Source of the DNA: an uncultured Acidobacteriota bacterium
GTDB taxonomy: Bacteria; Acidobacteriota; Blastocatellia; Pyrinomonadales; Pyrinomonadaceae
Reading direction: 5' to 3'
Assembly (NCBI GenBank): GCA_963726075.1
Contig: CAVSAQ010000002.1
Location: 607,868-671,867 of the forward strand
Length of the DNA: 64,000 nucleotides
A model generated the notes under the pieces. The model did no database searches, had not been told where the DNA came from, and saw nothing but the letters and a program-made list of their open reading frames with translations. The position numbers and the translations under genes were made by a program. Positions 37,700-47,047 of this stretch are shown here, piece by piece (within the stretch, counting starts at the first letter, position 1; each line of letters begins with the position of its first letter).

Positions 37700-39361
37700 A
37701 TGTCTAACGAAAAGCAACTGCCCATGGATGACTCAAAACTACCAACTCCTGATAGTGACGGTGAAGATGTCCTGGGGAACATGGAAGAACTACTTTCGCA
37801 GGAGGTCCCGCCCGGCGTAGATCGCCGTAATTTCCTGATTCGAAGCGCCGTGGGTGGTGCCGCCGCAGTGATGATGGGTACCCTTGTCTTGCCTGCCGAG
37901 AGAACAGCCAGGGCTCTAGCAACGCTTCCGCAGAAGCCTGCCACGCCACAGCCTCCTCTCTCGAAAGACCTCCACGTCGTTAAAAAGGGCGAGGGGCCGG
38001 TGCTGACAGTTGTGGACGAGTTCTACAAAGTCGGCCCAGGTCCATCAAGCTCGCACACGATTGGCCCGATGCGCATCACCTACGATTTTTATCAGCGAGC
38101 CGAAAAGCTGCCCGCGGACAAACTCGCCAAGGCGACGGCTTTGAAGGTTCATCTTTTCGGAAGTCTCAGTGCCACCGGCAAGGGGCACGGGACGGAACGA
38201 GCTGCATTGGCGGGACTCATCGGCAAAGAGCCCGCAACCGTCGACCCGTTGTTTCTCGACAGCCTGCGCGACAAGCCTGACCAAACGTTTCCAGTAAAGC
38301 TCGGCGACAAGACGATCACGGTCGGTCTTAAAGACATCGTTTATGACGCGACGAAGGGCGACTTCAAGCACCCAAACACGATGACTGCCAAGCTCATGGC
38401 AGGAGATGAGGTGCTGCTCGAGCAGGAGTATTACTCAGTGGGCGGCGGATTCATCGAGTGGAAAGGCTACACGCCTCCGAAGAAGAACCCGCCTAAGTAT
38501 CCCTTCAGGCTAATGAAGGAGCTTCGGGCCCACGCGGACAACAATAAGATCTCGATCGCGAAAGTAATGCTTGCCAACGAGATGTCGATCGCCGGCAGGA
38601 CTGAAGCAGAGGTCTATGCCTTCATCGACAAGATCATCAACGCGATGGTCGCGACGGTGAAGTCAGGGCTTTCGATGCCGGAGGATGACGTGCTGCCTGG
38701 TCCGATCAAACTGCACAGCAAGGCAGCGACCGTTTACAAGCGCGCGATGGACGACAAGCTTCAATCAGACCGTGGTATCGCCGCTCTATCGGCCTTCGCG
38801 ATTGCCGCATCCGAAGAGAATGGACGCGGCCACCTCGTTATCACAGCTCCGACCGGTGGTTCCGCCGGCGTCATGCCGTCGCTGGTCTATGGACTCCTTG
38901 AAGTCCGGAAGCTCGACCGGCAGAAGATCCGTGACGGCATGCTCGCCGCGGCGGCGGTCGGCTACCTTTGCAAGCACCATGCGACATTGTCTGCGGCCGA
39001 AGGTGGCTGCCAGGCAGAAATAGGCGTGGCGTCGTCGATGGCTGCGGCATTGACGGCTACGGCGTACGACGCACCATCGCTGGTGGTCGAGAATGCCGCG
39101 GAATCGGCTCTTGAGCATCACCTCGGCATGACGTGCGATCCAGTCGCCGGCTATGTACAGGTCCCATGCATCGAGCGGTGTGCATTCGGTGCGGTCAAGG
39201 CGTGGACTGCCTATGCGATCGCCAGCAATGAGATCGCTTCCCGACACCGTGTAAATTTCGACGCAACCGTGATGGCTCTGGCCGAAACCGCGAGAGACAT
39301 GAACAGCAAGTACAAGGAAACAAGCGAAGCCGGCCTCGCCCTGTCCGTGACGCTATGCTGA
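37700..39361 (+). CDS. sdaA: L-serine ammonia-lyase (Fe-S dependent, single-chain) with Tat-type signal
   Basis: N-terminal DRRNFLIRSAVGGAAAVMMG...ARA, then the canonical SDH core (FYKVGPGPSSSHTIGPM, EGGCQAEIGVASSMAA). Confidence 0.9.
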   Translation: MSNEKQLPMDDSKLPTPDSDGEDVLGNMEELLSQEVPPGVDRRNFLIRSAVGGAAAVMMGTLVLPAERTARALATLPQKPATPQPPLSKDLHVVKKGEGPVLTVVDEFYKVGPGPSSSHTIGPMRITYDFYQRAEKLPADKLAKATALKVHLFGSLSATGKGHGTERAALAGLIGKEPATVDPLFLDSLRDKPDQTFPVKLGDKTITVGLKDIVYDATKGDFKHPNTMTAKLMAGDEVLLEQEYYSVGGGFIEWKGYTPPKKNPPKYPFRLMKELRAHADNNKISIAKVMLANEMSIAGRTEAEVYAFIDKIINAMVATVKSGLSMPEDDVLPGPIKLHSKAATVYKRAMDDKLQSDRGIAALSAFAIAASEENGRGHLVITAPTGGSAGVMPSLVYGLLEVRKLDRQKIRDGMLAAAAVGYLCKHHATLSAAEGGCQAEIGVASSMAAALTATAYDAPSLVVENAAESALEHHLGMTCDPVAGYVQVPCIERCAFGAVKAWTAYAIASNEIASRHRVNFDATVMALAETARDMNSKYKETSEAGLALSVTLC

Positions 39362-39387
39362 TCAAATAGGGCTCCTCGAAAGAATAG

Positions 39388-39447
39388 GGCTCCTCGATAG
39401 AACTCGGACTGGGAATCCGTTCTATTGAGGAGCCTCTAATTTTTTTT
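39388..39447 (+). terminator. rho-independent terminator after sdaA
   Basis: 16-bp stem GGCTCCTCGATAGAAC / GTTCTATTGAGGAGCC followed by a T8 run at 39440..39447. Confidence 0.8.
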
Positions 39448-39527
39448 ACGCTCGCGTTTCCATTACTTCAATTCAAGGATCGTTCAGGGACATGGTGGCT
39501 TTGCCGAAAAAGTGATTCATGCAACGC

Positions 39528-39680
39528 GGCTATGCCGCCTGATGTGCGGAAGTGCTTCGCGCTTCCGCTCCGGGTCGTAGTGAATTGGGCTACGCCCCAA
39601 CAACACTGGGCATAGCCCAAAGATCAGATGTCGGTCTTGCCGGAAGGCCAAAGGCCTTCCGCACATCCGACGGCATAGCC
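39528..39680. repeat. REP/MITE-like inverted repeat
   Basis: Arms GGCTATGCCGCCTGATGTGCGGAAG (39528..39552) and CTTCCGCACATCCGACGGCATAGCC (39656..39680), inner hairpin GGAAGGCC-AAA-GGCCTTCC. Confidence 0.6.
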
Positions 39681-39793
39681 GCCGACCTTTTGGGCAAGGC
39701 GCGGACAGGCTGATAACCACCGCCGTCTACACCAAAGGTTCCCAGTTGTATCGGCGTTGACGACCGTCTCGTTGTGCACGAAAAAGGTGAATA

Positions 39794-40543
39794 ATGAAGG
39801 ATCTTAGCTTGACGCAAAAGATGTCGGCGGAATTTCTCGGAACGTTCTGGCTTGTCTTTACGGGCTGTGGCAGCGCGGTTTTGGCTGCCGCTTTTCCAGG
39901 TGTCGGAATTGGACTGCTCGGGGTCTCATTCGCGTTCGGCCTTTCGGTTCTCACGATGGCTTATGCGGTGGGCCATATTTCAGGCGGTCACTTCAACCCG
40001 GCAGTGACGCTCGGACTTTTCAGCGGCGGTCGCATTCCGTTGAAAGACGTCGCTCCCTACATCATCGCTCAGCTCGTAGGGGCGATTGCCGGCGCGGGAG
40101 TTTTGTACCTGATTGCCAGCGGCAAAGCAGGCTTCGATGTCACCGCCGGCTTTGCGTCGAATGGTTACGCCGATCACTCGCCCGGCGGATACACGATGGT
40201 TGCAGCTTTGATCGCCGAAGTCGTAATGACTTTCTTTTTCCTGATTGTAATTCTTGGCGCTACTGACGAACGCGCGCCTAAAGGATTGGCCCCGATTGCG
40301 ATCGGTTTAGCATTGACGCTGATACATCTGGTCAGTATCCCGGTGACAAACACCTCCGTGAATCCGGCGCGCAGCACTGGTCCGGCGCTCTTTGTCGGCG
40401 ATTGGGCGGTGAGACAGTTGTGGCTTTTCTGGGTCGCACCGATCGTTGGCGCAGTGCTCGCTGGCGCCGTCTACAGATTGCTCGGCAACGAAAGCCAAGT
40501 CGCAGAAATGGCAACCACGCCGGCGAGACCGGTTACACCTTAA
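39794..40543 (+). CDS. aqpZ: aquaporin Z
   Basis: Two NPA boxes ([17 protein letters not shown]), six-TM MIP architecture. Confidence 0.9.
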   Translation: MKDLSLTQKMSAEFLGTFWLVFTGCGSAVLAAAFPGVGIGLLGVSFAFGLSVLTMAYAVGHISGGHFNPAVTLGLFSGGRIPLKDVAPYIIAQLVGAIAGAGVLYLIASGKAGFDVTAGFASNGYADHSPGGYTMVAALIAEVVMTFFFLIVILGATDERAPKGLAPIAIGLALTLIHLVSIPVTNTSVNPARSTGPALFVGDWAVRQLWLFWVAPIVGAVLAGAVYRLLGNESQVAEMATTPARPVTP

Positions 40544-40683
40544 CTTTTGATTGACGCAGGGGAAGATTGAGGAGCACAGCAAGAAAATGGTGAAGGCTTG
40601 CAGTGCTCCTCGTTCCGTGTACTCACCCAGGTGCGGCCGGGTGGTCACAGCTTAGGGCAAGAGATGCCAAAGGCTTTCGGCAA

Positions 40684-41379
40684 CTAGCGAATTACTATGC
40701 CGGCGCCAATGCGAAAGTTATGCTGAGTCTTACCGGGTATGACGAAGGGCGAGCCCACCGTTTGAAATGGTGTCGGCACGAGGACGATCCCCGTCTGCTG
40801 ATCACCGCGAAAGATCATGTTCCAGTCCAGTTGAATTATGCGTACGTCAAATCGTTTATTAAGTTTGATATCAACACCGCCTCCAAACGCCATGGCAAAG
40901 CTGGTTTCGTTAACGCTGAAATCGCTGATGCCTAAAACTGCAGGTAGATCTGGACTGTCGATGTCGACCTTCTGAGTTGCCAAGCCGAATAGTGCATGTC
41001 CAAAAGGCTTGAAGGTTGGGCCATCCTCTTCGTTATTCTTGATTTGGATACCGCCAAGGAAATTCTGAACCGTCGAGTCTACCGTGCCGCTTCCCGCGGG
41101 GCGTGAGAAGTTGTCTTCGCGCAGGTGAAGCGAGTAGTCAAACTTGACGCCGAAGTATCGATCGAAGTTGCGGGTTATCGCCAGGTTGAACCCACGCAAC
41201 GTGTTTTTCTCGCCCAGCACGTCGTTGACTGCAGGGTTGTCCGTGTCACCTCCGAGGTTGTCAAAGCTCAGCGCCGAATAACCCCCGAAGAATTCCCACT
41301 TCCTGTAATCGTTGGACTGCGCTAACGAAGTCGAGGCGCAAATCAGCGCGACTGCGGCCAGTGATAGTAATCGTTTCAT
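40684..41379 (-). CDS. small outer-membrane beta-barrel protein (OmpA-barrel/porin_2-like)
   Basis: Signal peptide MKRLLSLAAVALICASTSLAQ (RBS AGGAGA), alternating beta-strand pattern, C-terminal aromatic-rich end. Confidence 0.6.
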   Translation of the reverse strand: MKRLLSLAAVALICASTSLAQSNDYRKWEFFGGYSALSFDNLGGDTDNPAVNDVLGEKNTLRGFNLAITRNFDRYFGVKFDYSLHLREDNFSRPAGSGTVDSTVQNFLGGIQIKNNEEDGPTFKPFGHALFGLATQKVDIDSPDLPAVLGISDFSVNETSFAMAFGGGVDIKLNKRFDVRIIQLDWNMIFRGDQQTGIVLVPTPFQTVGSPFVIPGKTQHNFRIGAGIVIR

Positions 41380-41459
41380 TGGAGTCTCCTTTGGCAATTG
41401 TTTGGTTACGTGGCAGGGAGCCATGCGGAAAGCCTAGAGCAGACCGAGTCGCTTGTTCA

Positions 41460-41475
41460 CTGTCAATTCTTACAG
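41460..41475. promoter_or_regulatory. CTGTCA-N4-TGACAG-type palindrome
   Basis: CTGTCAATTCTTACAG; TAGGCT (minus, 41431..41436) 23 nt beyond, facing the gene at 41379. Confidence 0.5.
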
Positions 41476-41523
41476 GGACGAAAAGTTGGGGCCTCCGAAA
41501 CGAAAGAAAAGACGCGCGACATC

Positions 41524-41539
41524 CTGTCAGTTTTGACAG
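41524..41539. promoter_or_regulatory. CTGTCA-N4-TGACAG palindrome (consensus copy)
   Basis: CTGTCAGTTTTGACAG; TAGGGT 41562..41567 22 nt beyond; upstream of porin 41591. Confidence 0.6.
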
Positions 41540-41590
41540 TTTTGCGTTGCTTCAAAAGGAATAGGGTAGAACCGCCCACGCGAGTCAATC

Positions 41591-43330
41591 ATGATTTTGA
41601 GGTCGAGCTTCAGCATGTCGGCACGACGCGCACACATCAAGCTTTCAGTCGCACTAGTGCTGGCGTCAATTGGGTTCTTCACGTCTTCTGCTTTTGGACA
41701 GTCTCCGGCAAACCCGCCGACCAACATTAATAAAGGAATAGCCACAGCTCAGGAGTCCAAGTCGGAAATCTTGGGAAGTAAAGTCGCTGTGGATCCCAAA
41801 CGAATCACCTCGGAGAAAAACGACGCGGTTGACGACCCCAAGCGAGGTGACCTGAAAAGCGAAATCGAAGCCGTTAAGGCTGAGAACGCCGCGGTTAGAG
41901 AACAACTTCAGAAGATGGAAGAGCAGCAGAGGTTAATGCTGGAACTGGTGGAAAAGTTACAGCGGCGGCTTGACGGCGCCGCGTCCACGATTCTGCCGGC
42001 CACTGGTCAGACGGCTGAACCGGCGACAGCAACAAACATAACGTTGCCCGCGATAACCGGACCAACGGTACCGGCCCCGGCGACAGATGCGCCAGCCGAT
42101 CCCTCACCGCCGACACCCTTGCAGAATAAACCCAATGACGATCGCTACCGTGACGGAATTATCATCTGGCAGACTTCTGACGATGCTAAGGTGCCGTTCC
42201 TGCTGAGGTTCAACAACAACACTCAGCTCAGATACCTCAATACGCTTAATAGCGACGAAACTTTCACCGACCACTTGGGTAATGTCCGCGAGGTTCATAA
42301 ACGCAATGACATTACGGTAAATCGCTCGATGTTCATTCTAGGCGGGTACATCTTCGACAAGAGGGCGCAATATAGTCTCACTGTCTGGACGTCCGCAGGG
42401 GCCGCCTCGATCGTCGTCGCTGGGAACATTGGCTGGCGATTCAACAAGCGACTGACAATCATGGGAGGTTACACGGGTGTTCCGGGGAGCCGGTCGCTGG
42501 TTAACACGTTTCCCTATTACACAGCAACCGATAGGAGCATGGCGGACAACTTCTTCCGGCCCGGCTTCACCCAGGGCGCATGGGCGACCGGAGAACTCGC
42601 GAAGGGGTTGAATTACAATGCGTTCGTCGGCAACGCGCTCAACAGCATAAATGTCTCGGCCGCCAAGATCGATACCAAGCTGCTGGTTGCCGGCAGTGTC
42701 TGGTGGGAACCTTTGGGGAGATACGGGGAACCCGGCAAGTCAGTCAACATGTACGATGATTATTTTGCCAGGAAGAAGGTTCGTATTCGACTTGGTACTT
42801 CGTTTACAAGATCCCCAGAAGATCGTTTTTCAAATCTGGATGTATCAAGCCCGGAAAACACTGCACTGTACAACTCCGACGGCGTCCTTACGTTTTCAAC
42901 CGGAGCGTTTGCGCCGGGTGTGACCGTCGACAAAGCTCTCTACAAAATGTGGGCGATCGACGGCGGCATCAAATACAACGGGCTGGCTGTCAACGGGCAG
43001 TACTTCATGCGTTGGCTAAACGATTTCGTAGCTGACGGGCCGATTCCGGAGACATCGACGTTCGACCACGGCTATGAATTCTCGGCCAGCCATTTTGTTA
43101 TTCCTAAGAAGCTGCTCGTGTACGCCAAGAGTTCCCAGGTCTTTGGACACTTTGGCAACTCGTACGAATACGCTGGCGGCGTCAAATGGCATTTCCTTCC
43201 GACTGAACGTTTGTGGCTCAACTTCGAGATGATGCGGGTTAACAAATCACCTTATAGCGGGGCCTTCACTCCGTATACCGCAGGTATGAATGGTTGGGTG
43301 CCGATGCTGCAGTCGATCATCGCTTTTTGA
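41591..43330 (+). CDS. outer-membrane porin with N-terminal coiled coil (paralogue of 31615)
   Basis: Signal peptide, coiled coil (EIEAVKAENAAVREQLQKMEEQQ), barrel body alignable with 31615 (TSAGAASIVVAGNIGWRFNKRLT), C-terminal IAF. Confidence 0.65.
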   Translation: MILRSSFSMSARRAHIKLSVALVLASIGFFTSSAFGQSPANPPTNINKGIATAQESKSEILGSKVAVDPKRITSEKNDAVDDPKRGDLKSEIEAVKAENAAVREQLQKMEEQQRLMLELVEKLQRRLDGAASTILPATGQTAEPATATNITLPAITGPTVPAPATDAPADPSPPTPLQNKPNDDRYRDGIIIWQTSDDAKVPFLLRFNNNTQLRYLNTLNSDETFTDHLGNVREVHKRNDITVNRSMFILGGYIFDKRAQYSLTVWTSAGAASIVVAGNIGWRFNKRLTIMGGYTGVPGSRSLVNTFPYYTATDRSMADNFFRPGFTQGAWATGELAKGLNYNAFVGNALNSINVSAAKIDTKLLVAGSVWWEPLGRYGEPGKSVNMYDDYFARKKVRIRLGTSFTRSPEDRFSNLDVSSPENTALYNSDGVLTFSTGAFAPGVTVDKALYKMWAIDGGIKYNGLAVNGQYFMRWLNDFVADGPIPETSTFDHGYEFSASHFVIPKKLLVYAKSSQVFGHFGNSYEYAGGVKWHFLPTERLWLNFEMMRVNKSPYSGAFTPYTAGMNGWVPMLQSIIAF

Positions 43331-43421
43331 CGAGATTCCCTTCTGAAATTAGCCGCTGGACGGCATAGACAACCTCCTCAAATTCCGCAAGAGTTTTCGA
43401 AGTAAACACTAATAAGAACAC

Positions 43422-43437
43422 CTGTCAGTTTTGCCAG
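43422..43437. promoter_or_regulatory. CTGTCA-N4-TGACAG-type palindrome
   Basis: CTGTCAGTTTTGCCAG; TAGAGT 43462..43467 24 nt beyond; upstream of MFS-pta-ackA-pflBA. Confidence 0.55.
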
Positions 43438-43494
43438 TGTGTTGCATTGCTGCGAAGGCAATAGAGTAGTTGGCCGGGAAGATGAGAGATTTCT

Positions 43495-44781
43495 ATGGCC
43501 CAGGCGGCAGCACAAATCGGCACCAAACGTGACACCGTAAACAGGGTGCGGATGGCAACTGTTGTCTGGCTGCTCACGGCCGTCTTTTACTTCTACCAGT
43601 ACGCGATGCGTTCGGCCCCGGCGGTGATGATTCCGCAGCTATCTGCGGCGTTCGAACTCAGTGCCTTAGGCGTCGCGTCGATTGTTGGCCTCTTCTACTA
43701 CGGTTATTGCCCTTTCAGTCTTATAGCCGGGGCGGCGATGGATCGGCTTGGCCCTCGCCGCCTCGTGCCTTTTGCCGCGGTGACCGTCGGTATTGGCGCA
43801 CTCTTATTTGCTACAGGAAATACTCAGGTCGCCAGCATTGGTAGATTTCTGCAGGGGGCCGGCGGCGTCTTTGCTTTTCTCGGCGCTCTCTATATCGCCA
43901 GCAATAATTTTCCCGCATCGCGCGCGGCTACCTTGATCGGCGCGACGCAGATGTTCGGAATGGCGGGCGGCTCCGCAGGTCAGTTTGTCGTAGGGCCGAT
44001 GATCGGTGGCGGCCTTGCGTGGAATCACTTTTGGATTGGGATGGGGGTCTTTGGTTTGCTGATCGGAGTCGTCCTCTTCTTTTTGATCCCAAATGAGCCC
44101 GCGTCAGGACAAACTGGCGGCGGACTGAAGGTCGTCGCCAAAGGTTTTGGCGTGGTCTTTAAGAATCCGCAATCGATTTTGTGTGGCTTGATTGCCGGTC
44201 TCCTTTTTTTACCCACGACTATCTTCGACATGATCTGGGGCGTGCGTTTCCTGCAGGAAGCGCACGGCCTCGACTATGGCTCGGCGGTCATGCGCTCAGC
44301 GACGATCCCGTTCGGATGGATTATCGGCGCTCCACTGCTTGGCTTCATTTCGGATCGCATCGGCAGACGCAAGCCCGTCATTATCGGAGGAGCAACCGTC
44401 CTCCTCGCTTGCCTCGGCTGGATTCTGTACGGCAAGCCCGGCTTGTTTCCGCCGTATGTTCTTGGCTTAATAGCGGGCATCGCCTCGGCCGCTGCAATGC
44501 TTCCTTACACCGTTGTTAAAGAAGCAAACCCTCCACAGTTCAGCGGCACCGCAACTGGTGTCCTCAACTTTGTGAATTTCACTCTTAGCGCCTTATTGGG
44601 CCCGGTCTTCGGATGGATTTTGCTGCGAGTTTCGGGCGGTGCAGAGGCACTGGAACTCCGGCATTTCCAAACGACGTTCGCCCCGCTGCTTTACGGTGTC
44701 GCCATCGCGATCTTTCTGGCTTTGGTTTTAAAAGAAACAGGGCCGCGAGGGCGGCAGCCTCAAGCAGCTAAGGCTTTGTAA
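43495..44781 (+). CDS. MFS transporter
   Basis: 12-TM-like hydrophobic pattern, MDRLGPRR loop motif between TM2 and TM3. Confidence 0.8.
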   Translation: MAQAAAQIGTKRDTVNRVRMATVVWLLTAVFYFYQYAMRSAPAVMIPQLSAAFELSALGVASIVGLFYYGYCPFSLIAGAAMDRLGPRRLVPFAAVTVGIGALLFATGNTQVASIGRFLQGAGGVFAFLGALYIASNNFPASRAATLIGATQMFGMAGGSAGQFVVGPMIGGGLAWNHFWIGMGVFGLLIGVVLFFLIPNEPASGQTGGGLKVVAKGFGVVFKNPQSILCGLIAGLLFLPTTIFDMIWGVRFLQEAHGLDYGSAVMRSATIPFGWIIGAPLLGFISDRIGRRKPVIIGGATVLLACLGWILYGKPGLFPPYVLGLIAGIASAAAMLPYTVVKEANPPQFSGTATGVLNFVNFTLSALLGPVFGWILLRVSGGAEALELRHFQTTFAPLLYGVAIAIFLALVLKETGPRGRQPQAAKAL

Positions 44782-44792
44782 GACGGAAAAGC

Positions 44793-45758
44793 ATGAAGCA
44801 AGCAACCGCAACAGGAACTGGAAAGTACGAACGACTCTTAGAGCGCTGCGCGAGCTTGGAGCCGGTCCCAACCGCCGTCGTCTATCCGTGTGAAGCGGCG
44901 GCGCTCGCCGGCGCACTTGAAGCCGCTGAGAAGAAATTGATTGTGCCGATTCTGATTGGCCCGGCAGAACAAATCCATGCCACTGCGAAATCCGCGGGGC
45001 TCGATCTTCTTAACTTGCGGGTTGTGGATGTACCAGACAGCCAAGGCTCTGCGAAAAAAGCGGTGGAACTCATTCGCGAAGGCAAAGCGGACGTCTTAAT
45101 GAAAGGAAGTCTGCATACCGACGAGTTGATGTCGGCCATTGTTTCGCGCGAAGGCGGTCTTCGTACCGGGCGTCGCATCAGTCACGTATTCATCATGGAT
45201 GTGCCGACGTATCACAAAGTGCTGATCGTCACGGATGCTGCAATCAATATCGCACCCGCCCTTGAAGACAAAGTTGACATCTGTCAGAACGCGATCGATC
45301 TGGCCATCTCGCTTGGTCTTGAGAAACCGAAGGTCGCGATTCTCTGTGCGGTTGAGACTGTAAATTCGAGGATGCCGGCAACGCTCGACGCCGCGGCACT
45401 CTGCAAGATGGCCGAACGCGGACAAATCAAGGGAGGAATTCTCGATGGACCGTTGGCGTTCGATAACGCGATCAGTAAGGACGCCGCAAAAACGAAAGGC
45501 ATCAAGTCAGAGGTTGCCGGCGATCCGGACATTTTGCTCGCGCCCGATTTGGAAGCGGGCAATATCCTCGCCAAGCAGCTCAGTTTCCTCGCGAATGCCG
45601 ATAGTGCAGGGATGGTCTTAGGCGCGCGAGTGCCGGTGATACTCACCAGTCGCGCCGACAGTGTCCGATCGCGAATTGCGAGTTGCGCGGTTGTCAAGTT
45701 GGTGACCCATGCGCGGCGCAGCAGGAAAGTGTCATGGACGACTATGCACTGGTTGTAA
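44793..45758 (+). CDS. pta: phosphate acetyl/butyryl-transferase (PTA_PTB family)
   Basis: PTA_PTB motifs (ADVLMKGSLHT, ILLAPDLEAGNILAK, PVILTSRADS). Confidence 0.8.
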   Translation: MKQATATGTGKYERLLERCASLEPVPTAVVYPCEAAALAGALEAAEKKLIVPILIGPAEQIHATAKSAGLDLLNLRVVDVPDSQGSAKKAVELIREGKADVLMKGSLHTDELMSAIVSREGGLRTGRRISHVFIMDVPTYHKVLIVTDAAINIAPALEDKVDICQNAIDLAISLGLEKPKVAILCAVETVNSRMPATLDAAALCKMAERGQIKGGILDGPLAFDNAISKDAAKTKGIKSEVAGDPDILLAPDLEAGNILAKQLSFLANADSAGMVLGARVPVILTSRADSVRSRIASCAVVKLVTHARRSRKVSWTTMHWL

Positions 45759-47047
45759 ACGCGGGCTCATCGAGCCTGAAGTTCTGCGTGTTTCAGCGGC
45801 CAAGCGGAGGGAATTGGCGGTTGGAGGCGCAGGGCCAGATCGAGGGCATTGGCACATCGGCCCGATTGTCTGTCAAGGGCGCCAATGGTGAGCGGCTGGC
45901 TCATCAGCAGCTCGCTCACTCTGTACGTGACGGACGTGATGCGATCGATGCCCTCGCTCGCTGGCTTGGATCCAAATATGGCGGCGCGCGAGTGCTCGCG
46001 GTTGGCCATCGCGTTGTCCACGGGGGCACACGCTTTGCCGCGCCCACGATTGTGAACCAGAAGGTAATAGAAAATCTTCACGATCTAATTCCACTCGCTC
46101 CTTTGCATCAGCCTTACAACCTCGCCGCTATTGAAGCTGTCTCTGAACGGCTTCCTGGCGTTCCGCAAGTTGGCTGTTTCGACACCAGTTTTCATCGCGG
46201 CCATGCCCGCGTGACTGACCTAATTCCGCTACCACGTGCAATCTGTAAGTCGGGTGTGGAACGCTACGGCTTTCACGGCATCTCGTACGAATACATCGCT
46301 TCGATCCTGCCAGAGGTCGCGCCCGAGATCGCAAACGGAAGAGTAATCGTGGCGCATCTCGGCAGCGGCGCCAGTCTCTGCGCGCTGAAGGATGGGAAGA
46401 GCGTTGACACGACCATGGGTTTCACGGCCGTTGATGGGTTGTGCATGGGAACGCGGCCGGGAGCAATCGATCCGGGTGTCGTCCTTTTTCTTTTTCAAAC
46501 GCTCGGCCTCTCCGCCAAAGAAGTCGAGACAATCCTCTACAGGAGGTCCGGCCTGCTGGCGATTTCCGAAATCAGTAATGACATGCGCGACCTGTTGGTG
46601 AGGACCGAACCCAAAGCGCGTCTCGCGGTGGACTACTTCGTCTATCGCGCCGCGAAAGAGATCGGGGCGCTGACAGCCGCGCTCGGCGGCGTTGATGCGG
46701 TGGTGTTCACCGCAGGCATCGGCGAGAACTCACCCGAGATCCGACGACGGATCTGTGAAGCATCCGCATGGTTGGGAATGGAACTTAGCGAAGACGCAAA
46801 CGCCAACAACGCCACGCGAATTTCTAAACCGGAGAGCAAGGTTTCGGTTTGGATGATCCCGACAAATGAAGAACTGATGATCGCCCGACATACGGGAAGA
46901 CTTCTGGGATTAAATTCTCGGGCACAGAGAAGGCAGCGTAAGGAGAAACGAAGATGGCCAGTGCAAAAGCAGAAATTGCAATTGAACGCGATCAAGCGAG
47001 AAAGCCGTGGGCGGGATTCCAACCCGGTCTCTGGCAAAAGGAAATAA
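45734..47047 (+). CDS. ackA: acetate kinase (with unusual basic C-terminal extension overlapping pflB)
   Basis: [43 protein letters not shown]; the ORF runs about 40 codons past the usual family end. Confidence 0.85.
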   Translation: MDDYALVVNAGSSSLKFCVFQRPSGGNWRLEAQGQIEGIGTSARLSVKGANGERLAHQQLAHSVRDGRDAIDALARWLGSKYGGARVLAVGHRVVHGGTRFAAPTIVNQKVIENLHDLIPLAPLHQPYNLAAIEAVSERLPGVPQVGCFDTSFHRGHARVTDLIPLPRAICKSGVERYGFHGISYEYIASILPEVAPEIANGRVIVAHLGSGASLCALKDGKSVDTTMGFTAVDGLCMGTRPGAIDPGVVLFLFQTLGLSAKEVETILYRRSGLLAISEISNDMRDLLVRTEPKARLAVDYFVYRAAKEIGALTAALGGVDAVVFTAGIGENSPEIRRRICEASAWLGMELSEDANANNATRISKPESKVSVWMIPTNEELMIARHTGRLLGLNSRAQRRQRKEKRRWPVQKQKLQLNAIKRESRGRDSNPVSGKRK

